Below the pieces are notes generated by a model that was not told the origin of the DNA, did no database searches, and was given only the letters and a program-made list of their open reading frames with translations. A stretch of 51,290 bases of DNA, taken from the sequence record SRR20825006_149. One strand, given 5' to 3'. This document shows positions 40,977 to 48,749 of the stretch, one piece after another. The position numbers were made by a program, and so were the translations under genes. Every line of letters starts with the position of its first letter. Within the stretch, counting starts at the first letter, position 1.

Positions 40977-42160
40977 ATCATCTCCATAGCGTTAGAGTCC
41001 GATGCCTGACCATCTGCCGGAATGACAACCTCCTCGCCGACCTGCAGGCCATCGATCACTTGCGCCTTGATCCGGTCAGTCAGTCCTATTGTGACAAGGC
41101 GCTCCGAAATTTCGCCAGAAGAGGAGCGGACACTAATGCGATAGCGACCGTTCTGATCGCGCTCGGTCAACGCTGACCATGGCACCAGCGGCACGTCCTC
41201 TGCCTGCCCCACCACAATGGTCACCAGAGTAGTCATCATGGGTCGCAGTCGGCCATCAGGATTGGGCGTTGTGAATATTCCGTTGAAATAAACAGCCTGT
41301 GTTGCCTGCCCTGCGGTTGTGGAGGCCGTCGTTGATTCTGTCGCGATTGATGTCGGGGCGGGCGCAATCTGCTCCAATCTGCCGACCGTCGGAAGATGGG
41401 TTTCGCCCATGATCGTGAAACGCACGATCTGGCCGGGTTTTACGCGGGTAATATCGGCTTCTGATATTCTTACCTTAACCTGCATGACGTTGAGCTCGGC
41501 CAGCACAATGATCGTCGGCACGGCCAGATTGGAGTTCAGTGTTTGGCCAGCCTTGGTAACGACCGCAACCACAACCCCATCCATCGGCGCGGTAACCTTC
41601 GTGTAGCCAAGGTTGGCTTTCGCGTTCTCGACCTCCACTGTGGCTTGGGCAATCTGCGCGTCCAACGCCTCGATATCAGCCGTCAGGACTTTGAACGCCG
41701 CCTCCGCCGTCTCAAGCTCGGCGACTGACGCCGCACGCTGACGGGCCATGCTCTTCTGCCTGTCATAGGCTTGCTCAGCCCGCCTGAGTTCAAAACCACG
41801 CGCCTTGCGCTGCGCCTTCACATTGGCAAGTGCCGCCTCTGCGATGCGAAGAGCATATGCCTGTGCCGTCGGGTCAATCTCGGCGATCAGATCCCCGGCC
41901 TTGATTTTCTGACCCAGTTCAACATGCAAGGTTTTCAACTGACCGGAAACCTGCGCACCGACACTGACGATCCGGGCAGGTTCGAGTTCACCATTGGCAA
42001 GAACCGTTTCCTCGATTGTGCCGAGCGAAACAAACTCGGTAAGCACGGATGCCTGCGGCTCTTCCTCAAGAACACCGCTGGCCGACGCCATTGCCACCAG
42101 CGCCACAGCAATTACGCCTGCGATGATCAGAGTTCGACCAATGCTATTTGACAGTTTCAT
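40973..42160 (-). CDS. macA: MacA-family periplasmic adaptor
   Basis: N-terminal TM, VGAQVSGQL, NLGYTKVTAPMDG and ISEADI; directly upstream of macB. Start set at MKLSNS. Confidence 0.87.
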   Translation of the reverse strand: MKLSNSIGRTLIIAGVIAVALVAMASASGVLEEEPQASVLTEFVSLGTIEETVLANGELEPARIVSVGAQVSGQLKTLHVELGQKIKAGDLIAEIDPTAQAYALRIAEAALANVKAQRKARGFELRRAEQAYDRQKSMARQRAASVAELETAEAAFKVLTADIEALDAQIAQATVEVENAKANLGYTKVTAPMDGVVVAVVTKAGQTLNSNLAVPTIIVLAELNVMQVKVRISEADITRVKPGQIVRFTIMGETHLPTVGRLEQIAPAPTSIATESTTASTTAGQATQAVYFNGIFTTPNPDGRLRPMMTTLVTIVVGQAEDVPLVPWSALTERDQNGRYRISVRSSSGEISERLVTIGLTDRIKAQVIDGLQVGEEVVIPADGQASDSNAMEMM

Positions 42161-42364
42161 TGTTGTTTTTACCAACCGACATTTATTGACCAGAAAAGAA
42201 GATCGTCGTTCAATCGGGTTCACTCTCGCCCCGAGACGACTGATCTCGATAACCCCGCCACATCAGCCAGATGGTTAGCCGTGGGCGGGTCGTTTGCGAG
42301 TTTTGAAAAAATCCCTGTGAACATGATTGCTTTCTTCAAGCACCATCTCACGCCGCAATGAAAG

Positions 42365-42396
42365 TTGGGTGCAGGTTATGTGGAGATCGCGTGGAC
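42365..42396. promoter_or_regulatory. AdeR-like triple direct repeat upstream of macA
   Basis: TTGGGTGCAG-G-TTATGTGGAG-A-TCGCGTGGAC, 11-bp period, same orientation as the 37533 site. Confidence 0.5.
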
Positions 42397-42435
42397 GCGC
42401 GCGTCTCCTCGCCCAGCTGCCCCGTAATCCAGGAC

Positions 42436-42479
42436 CCAAATGACAAAACCCCGCCAATCGGCAGGGTTTTGTCATTTGG
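42436..42479. terminator. Long stem-loop terminator ending the secretion-like operon
   Basis: Perfect 16-bp arms CCAAATGACAAAACCC / GGGTTTTGTCATTTGG with an inner GCC/GGC extension. Confidence 0.7.
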
Positions 42480-42592
42480 ATGCGACGGCAGGCATCCAGT
42501 CCGGCGCTCCATACCTGGAACGACAAACAAATATTTTGTAATATTAATTACTTAAATGAAATCTGCTCAAATGATCGATCCGGACAATCCCT

Positions 42593-44755
42593 CTAAAAAC
42601 TGACTTCCCGGATAAAGCCTGCGACTATCGCTTCATAAAGGCGGCGCGCCCAGCTCATGGGCTCGGCATCAATCTGCAGCCTGCCGCGCTGCATCATCGA
42701 AAAACCCTCGCCGGCCGGGGGACTTTCCCTATCCGTCGCAACGATCCCCTCCAGCTTGAAAACCGGATCATGCGGGGTGTATCGGCCATCCCTGTCCGCA
42801 GTCGCGGCAATTGTCCCGCCGTGGGTGGATACAAGGGCTGGTGTCTCGATATAGGTGCTGTTGAACCGCTCGACAGTCTCGACCTCGATGTCAAGAACGG
42901 GTTGGGTAAACTGTTCCGGATAGAACCTTGCCGATGGCCGGTTGCCGATACGCGCAATATCGCGCTGGGAGACATAGGCGACAACTTCCCATGACGCCCG
43001 TTCGCTGGCACCGACAATCCGCGCAAGCTGGGTGCGCGGTGCAATCCAGTCGCCAACCCGGATATCATCGGCCAGTTCGCGCACCATGCCGTCAATCGGC
43101 GCACGCAGGGTCAGAAGATCCTGCCGCGCTTCAAGGGCAACGATCCGCGCCGCCAGACGCCGCATTTCCTGAAGACGGGCGGCATAGTCGCCAAGATTAT
43201 CCCGGCTCGCCTCGGTCTGCGCCAGCAATATCCGCGCCTCGGCAAGCTCCAGCTCCCGAATGCGGTGTTCGGCATCAAGTTCCGGCGCGCTCAGAATGGC
43301 AATCGTATCACCGGCCCGGACCCGGTCCCCTTTTTTGACCGTGATTTCGACAACCTGGCCTGCAACCGTGCTGATGATCTCCGCATCATTGCTGGCCTGA
43401 AGCACCGCATCTGCCGAAACACGCGATTGCCACGGCACGAATGTCAGAACGGTCAGAACAGCCAACAGAAATCCCGTCACGACAAGCGACGGTGTGACTT
43501 TTGCGCTATGGCGGTCTTTCCACCAGTGTTTCATTTCATTTAAAACCGGAATGACGATGAACCATGCGATTTCGACCACAAAAAGGATAATGCCAAGAAC
43601 CTTGAAGAACAGGTGGTAAACCACCAGCGCAATGCCAAGAAACAGAAAGAAGCGATAAATCCAGACCGCAATCGCAAACGCCGTCAGCATTCGCCGCTTT
43701 TTGCGTGGCATCGGTTCGGGGGCGGGATGCCCGAACCGGAAAAGCGTCTCGCGGATCGTCCATTTCGCCATGGCAAAGGACCGGTTTTGCAGATTGGCAA
43801 TACCCAGAAAATCCGACAGCAGATAATAGCCGTCAAACCGCATGAAAGGGCTTAGATTGATCAGAAGTGTTGTGATCCAGGTTGTCGTCGCCAGAAGGAA
43901 CACCGCACTTTGCAACGGCCCGGGCGGCACAAGATGCCAGAAAAAAGTCGCCAGCAGCGCAAGTGCCAGCTCAACCCGGATACCGGCCGCCGCAATACGC
44001 AGCCTTTTTTCCTTGCTGATGATCCGCCAGGCATCGGACGTATCGGTATAAAGCACCGGATACATCACCAGAAACGCAACCCCCATCGACGGCACCCGGC
44101 AGCCATAGCGCGCCGCACTATAGGCATGCCCGAATTCATGAAGGATTTTGGCAAGCGTAAGTGTCACCGCCATCCACACCACGCCCTGCCAGTTGGCAAA
44201 GCCCATGAATGTCGACACAAACAGGTCCCATTGACGCAAGGTCAGGAAAATGCCGATCAACCCCAGGATCAGCACGCCCAACTGAACCGCGCGCGATGCG
44301 ATAATATCGGCAATCGGCTGGGTCTTGCGCAGGAAACCGTCCGGATGAACCAGCGGCACACGCACAAAAAGATAATTGTGGATCGCCCATTTCCAGAAGG
44401 GCGGTTTGCCCGCATTGGCAATGCGCGAAAACTCGGCCACGGTCTCGTTGCTGTCGCGCTGCAACAGACCATTACCATGCAGGAACTTTATCAGTCCGTT
44501 TAGCGAGGCCTCGTCAACGCTCAGAACCGTATCGCGGCAAATGCGCTCGATGATTGCCTGCCCCTGGCGCAAAGGCCACCGGCGCAGCATTTCAAACGCG
44601 GCATAACCGATCCGGAAATACCGGTTGCGCACCGGATCATGGATCGTCCAGCACGGCGCGCCATATTCATCGGTCCCGGCGGGCAGAAGCCTCAGATCCT
44701 CGCGCAGTGGCGGCACAACCAGCTCTTTTGCGTTCCCCTGCGGTGCGATTGCCAT
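42593..44755 (-). CDS. Fusion of PqqD/RRE-like domain + M50 site-2 metalloprotease + HlyD-type membrane-fusion domain
   Basis: N-terminal WTIHDPVRNRYFRIG...; HEFGH zinc motif (44126-44140); IAAAG; NLSPFMRFDG third-ligand motif; then lipoyl half-motifs VKKGDRVRAGD and LRAPIDG around a coiled coil. Confidence 0.85.
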   Translation of the reverse strand: MAIAPQGNAKELVVPPLREDLRLLPAGTDEYGAPCWTIHDPVRNRYFRIGYAAFEMLRRWPLRQGQAIIERICRDTVLSVDEASLNGLIKFLHGNGLLQRDSNETVAEFSRIANAGKPPFWKWAIHNYLFVRVPLVHPDGFLRKTQPIADIIASRAVQLGVLILGLIGIFLTLRQWDLFVSTFMGFANWQGVVWMAVTLTLAKILHEFGHAYSAARYGCRVPSMGVAFLVMYPVLYTDTSDAWRIISKEKRLRIAAAGIRVELALALLATFFWHLVPPGPLQSAVFLLATTTWITTLLINLSPFMRFDGYYLLSDFLGIANLQNRSFAMAKWTIRETLFRFGHPAPEPMPRKKRRMLTAFAIAVWIYRFFLFLGIALVVYHLFFKVLGIILFVVEIAWFIVIPVLNEMKHWWKDRHSAKVTPSLVVTGFLLAVLTVLTFVPWQSRVSADAVLQASNDAEIISTVAGQVVEITVKKGDRVRAGDTIAILSAPELDAEHRIRELELAEARILLAQTEASRDNLGDYAARLQEMRRLAARIVALEARQDLLTLRAPIDGMVRELADDIRVGDWIAPRTQLARIVGASERASWEVVAYVSQRDIARIGNRPSARFYPEQFTQPVLDIEVETVERFNSTYIETPALVSTHGGTIAATADRDGRYTPHDPVFKLEGIVATDRESPPAGEGFSMMQRGRLQIDAEPMSWARRLYEAIVAGFIREVSF

Positions 44756-44761
44756 GGCAGA

Positions 44762-46090
44762 TCAAAACCCGATCATCTGGCGCAATGCTGAAAGCGGACG
44801 GCGGAAAAGGAACAGCGCCAGCGGAACACGATCCCCCATGATTTTCGCCGATCCCTTCAACCCGATACGGGGAATGTCATCCGGGCTGTCAAAGCGCGCC
44901 ACCGCCTGATAGGCCAATATGCCTTCTGGCGTTTCCTTTGGCTGATAGGCGGCATATTCAAGCGTTGCGTCAATCGAACCAAGCGGATCAACATCCAGAA
45001 ACAGCCGGACCTCCGCCCCCGATTGCAGGGCGATGGCATCGGAAACCGGAATGGAAATACCAAGCTCGGCGGCATCGGGGGCGGCAATGGCCATGACCTG
45101 CTCACCCGTCGAAACAGGCCGCCCGCGCCAGTCATTGGAATCACTGAAAATCGCAATACCCGATTGCGGTGCCCTGACCTCGATCTGCGAAAGCTGATAG
45201 CGGCTGAATTCGGCCTGTTCCTGACGCAATGCCAGACGCGTCTGCGAAAGCGCAACCTCGGCCCGGCCCTTGGCATCCCCGAATGCCTGCTGCGATGCAC
45301 GGCGCAGTTCCGCCTCGGCGGTATCGACCGCGCGCAACGCTATCTCGTAATTTGCCTTGAATTCCGCACCTTCAAACGAAAACAGAAGATCGCCCTTTTC
45401 GACCGGCGCATTCGGACGAACACTGATTTCGCGAATAACCCCGGTGATCGGGGCGGCAATCATGACCGGATCGCGCGGCATGACCGTTGCCGGGGCAATA
45501 ATACTTTGCCGAACCGGGATGGCCAACACAAGAACAAGGCCGACGAAAACACCGGCCAGAACGGCGCGGCGTTTTTTCCCGGCCTCAAACAATCCGCCCC
45601 GCCTTTTGCGCGGGCGAAGCGCATTCCACGCATGGCCAAGCGCATCGGTCAGTTGTTCGACAAGAAGCAGTTCCCCGTCCTGCCATTCCGGGGCCCGGAT
45701 CAGTAACAGAAGGCCAAGCGATGTGCCATCCGGGGCAAGAACAGGCTGAGACAGGATATTGTCCTGAAGAAACTCCCGCCAGTCCGCTTCGACATCAGCA
45801 CCATCCGATGCACGCGAAAATATCTTCTTCTGATCGGGGGTAATCTGCCGGTTGGCAAGCTTTTCGACGAACCGGATATAGGGGGCATTGCGGTCCACCG
45901 TCGGAACGTTTGAAACAGCCACCACCCGCAATTTCCCATCCAGCCCATGCGAAAGCAACACCGCCTGCTGATAGGAAATCAGTCGGCGTGTTTCCGTAAC
46001 GGCCACGAACTGAAGTGCGGTCATATCCCGGGCCTGGCGGATGGACTTTTCGATGCCCAGCAAAATTGCGGATGCTGTAATGGTGCTCAT
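44762..46090 (-). CDS. HlyD-family membrane-fusion protein with N-terminal cytoplasmic GAF-like domain
   Basis: ~160-aa soluble N-terminus (VVAVSNVPTVDRNAPY, GTSLGLLLL), one TM, then IAAPITG/VRAPQSG lipoyl motifs, GRPVSTGE and RIGLKGSAKI. Confidence 0.8.
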   Translation of the reverse strand: MSTITASAILLGIEKSIRQARDMTALQFVAVTETRRLISYQQAVLLSHGLDGKLRVVAVSNVPTVDRNAPYIRFVEKLANRQITPDQKKIFSRASDGADVEADWREFLQDNILSQPVLAPDGTSLGLLLLIRAPEWQDGELLLVEQLTDALGHAWNALRPRKRRGGLFEAGKKRRAVLAGVFVGLVLVLAIPVRQSIIAPATVMPRDPVMIAAPITGVIREISVRPNAPVEKGDLLFSFEGAEFKANYEIALRAVDTAEAELRRASQQAFGDAKGRAEVALSQTRLALRQEQAEFSRYQLSQIEVRAPQSGIAIFSDSNDWRGRPVSTGEQVMAIAAPDAAELGISIPVSDAIALQSGAEVRLFLDVDPLGSIDATLEYAAYQPKETPEGILAYQAVARFDSPDDIPRIGLKGSAKIMGDRVPLALFLFRRPLSALRQMIGF

Positions 46091-46140
46091 TTTACCCGTC
46101 GGTTCTGGTCGCGTGCCGCTTCGCCCTGTGCCGGAAACGC

Positions 46141-46938
46141 TCAGGATTCCGGTTCAAAAACAGCAACACCGCTCATGCCCGGCAACAGCTTCCCGGCATC
46201 GCCATTGATGGCTGCAAAGACTTTAACCGTCTGGCTGACCGGGTCAATATCAGCACCGATCCTTTCGGTGGTTGCCGCAATGACCGATCCCGTTTCCTCG
46301 ATCCGCGCCTGAAAGCTCTGCCCCGTCGAAAGCCATGACAGCCAGCTTGACGGCACGATCAGTTCAAGTTCAAGATTGCCCGAACCGATGATTTCCATCA
46401 GTTCATCGGCAGGATTGGCAATCTGATAGGGCTGGCTCAGCCACTGGACAACAGCCCCGTCATAGGGTGCCGTGATCTTGCAGCGATCAAGATACACATC
46501 ATGAAGCTGCAACTGCGCCAGTGTCCGCTCCTTTGCTGCTTGCGCCATGACAACATCAAGCTCGCCAACACTGCGCAATTCAAAAAGCCGCTGCTGGGAT
46601 TTCAGTTGGGCATCGGCCTGGCGATAGTCGGCCGCCGCCGTTGCGCGTTGTGCCTTATAGGCCGCACAATCAAAAGAAATCAGCAAATCGCCCTGCTTGA
46701 ACTTCTGGCCCGGACGGACCGTCATTTTATCAATTCTCGCGGCCAGTTCACCGGCAAGAACGGCGCGATCCTGTGTGGTCACCAGAACACGCGCTTGCAG
46801 TGGTTCCTGCGCATCTGCCAGAACCGGAAACAACAAAGCCGAAACCGCAAGCATGCAAAACATGCTTGCGGCAGACTTGAATGTGCGGCCCGGGGACTGA
46901 ACCCGAAATCCGCGCAACGACGTCAGGCTAAAAAGCAT
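46141..46938 (-). CDS. Short periplasmic adaptor (RND/HlyD-type membrane-fusion protein)
   Basis: Signal/anchor ending ADA-Q, GQKFKQGDLL, ITAPYDG, IDPVSQT and LLPGMSG; ATG overlaps the TolC stop. Confidence 0.82.
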   Translation of the reverse strand: MLFSLTSLRGFRVQSPGRTFKSAASMFCMLAVSALLFPVLADAQEPLQARVLVTTQDRAVLAGELAARIDKMTVRPGQKFKQGDLLISFDCAAYKAQRATAAADYRQADAQLKSQQRLFELRSVGELDVVMAQAAKERTLAQLQLHDVYLDRCKITAPYDGAVVQWLSQPYQIANPADELMEIIGSGNLELELIVPSSWLSWLSTGQSFQARIEETGSVIAATTERIGADIDPVSQTVKVFAAINGDAGKLLPGMSGVAVFEPES

Positions 46939-48557
46939 CACTGAACAGCAGCCTGCTTCATTTCATTTTCTGATGCCGGATCGCCAACGTCTTCGGCAAC
47001 GGTGACCGGTGCATCGTAATCCCCCCGGTTCCAGCGCGACAGAACATCGCCGACCGTCTGCGCAAGCGTATCGACAGAATCATCAGGGATATCGTTCGGG
47101 AACGGATCTGCCCCGATCGAGGCAAACAGACGGCCATAGGATGCCTGCATGTCGGCATAGGCCATGTCGCGTTGCAGATTGCTGAGCAACGCACGGACAT
47201 CGGCACGGATCGCCTGCCCCTCGCCGACCGCATTGGCCGACTGGCTGGCATTGACGGTTTCCGATATCTGGTCCTGCACCGATGCGATCCGGTCGGTCAG
47301 TTCATAATCGCGCTTGGCAAAGGCAAACCGCAGTTGCGCGATATTGACCTGACTGATCACCGCCATGCTCAGCGCAAGACGCCGCACTTCCGAAAGTTCG
47401 ATCTGGCTGTCGGCAAGGCGCATGTTTGCCGGTGCCTTGAACAACTGCATCAGGTTCCACGAAAGATCAAGCGACCCTTCATACCAGTCGGAATTGACCT
47501 TGTAGCTGTCCGTGGTGTGATTGATACCGGCACTGAAATTAAGCCCCGGCACCATCTGCAGGATGGCGATCTTTGCGTCCTGCTGATTGATCCGCAACTG
47601 ATAGGCTTCCGAACGCAGTTCCGAACGGTTTTTCAACGCCTCCAGCTCAAGTTCCTCGGCACTCATCGAAAGAACCGGCATTGAACCGGTTTCCGGTTCA
47701 ACCGCGGCCGCAACCGTGAAATCGCTATCGGGGTGAATGTTCATCAGAACGGCAAGTTCGGTGCGGGCTTCCACCAGTTGACGCTGACGGGTTTCAAGTT
47801 CACGCAGGGTCAACAGAAGATCTTCCTGATAGGTCAGCGCATCAAGCGGCGCACCAACCCGTTCACGCACCTGCGTTTCGGAACGCGAAAGTGCCGTACG
47901 AACCTTTTCCAGGACCGGTTTGAACTGCACCAGCGCCCGTTCGGCTGCGGCTGCGCGCCAATAGGCACTGCGCGTATCATTGATCACGTTATGGATCACC
48001 TGGCGACGGCGTTCCTTGACGATAAGCGCCATGTCCGCCTGCTGATGGGCACGCATATAGCCAATGGCAAAATCCAGAACATTCCAGCTTACCGTCAGGT
48101 CGCTATCGCGGACTTTCTTGTCCGAACTGGTGGATGTCGAGGTTTTGCTCTCGTTATAGGTCGAGTCTGACCGGCTGCGCTGTGTCCAGCCGGAACTGGC
48201 AACCACGTCGGGCAGAAGATTGACATTGGCAACGTCAAGCTGCCCCATCGCAACGGCTTCTTCCATCAGCTTGAGCCGATGATCAAGGTTGTATTTAAGC
48301 GCACGCGCTATCGCTTCCTCAAGCGTCAGCGGCCCGGTGATCTTTTCCTGCTTTTCAAACAGGCGCTTCAGATCATTTTCAACCCGCGCATTATTTTCCG
48401 AAACCGTCAACGGCTCCGGCGCAACCGCACAGGCCGATAATACTGCCGCCGCAGTCAGCGCGACCGCCACATTCCGCCATTTTCGGAAAGTTCCGGGAAA
48501 CTTCAAAGCACGATAAACCAAGACGGTATTCCCCCAAGTAAATTCAAACTCCCGCAT
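46938..48557 (-). CDS. TolC-family outer-membrane channel (lipoprotein)
   Basis: Lipobox LSAC, LTLEEAIARALKYNLD, SWNVLDF and LSWNL. Start codon uncertain and may lie slightly downstream. Confidence 0.87.
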   Translation of the reverse strand: MREFEFTWGNTVLVYRALKFPGTFRKWRNVAVALTAAAVLSACAVAPEPLTVSENNARVENDLKRLFEKQEKITGPLTLEEAIARALKYNLDHRLKLMEEAVAMGQLDVANVNLLPDVVASSGWTQRSRSDSTYNESKTSTSTSSDKKVRDSDLTVSWNVLDFAIGYMRAHQQADMALIVKERRRQVIHNVINDTRSAYWRAAAAERALVQFKPVLEKVRTALSRSETQVRERVGAPLDALTYQEDLLLTLRELETRQRQLVEARTELAVLMNIHPDSDFTVAAAVEPETGSMPVLSMSAEELELEALKNRSELRSEAYQLRINQQDAKIAILQMVPGLNFSAGINHTTDSYKVNSDWYEGSLDLSWNLMQLFKAPANMRLADSQIELSEVRRLALSMAVISQVNIAQLRFAFAKRDYELTDRIASVQDQISETVNASQSANAVGEGQAIRADVRALLSNLQRDMAYADMQASYGRLFASIGADPFPNDIPDDSVDTLAQTVGDVLSRWNRGDYDAPVTVAEDVGDPASENEMKQAAVQ

Positions 48558-48749
48558 CTCTGCCCGACAGATACGCGGCTATCCGATGCGTCATCCGGGT
48601 CTGTTGCGATTCTGTCCAAAACCGCAACATCCCTCTTTCCATCTCGATCCCGCCCGGGCTCTTCGAAACCGGTCGGGACATTCCCTCATTCCGGCAGTCA
48701 GACAGGGTCGACCGCCGGAAAATCATTACTCAAGTCATCAAGCAAATCA

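Noticed and set aside
33780-42590. Efflux module as a defined mobile element
   Set aside because: No transposase, integrase, tRNA target or flanking direct/inverted repeats seen.
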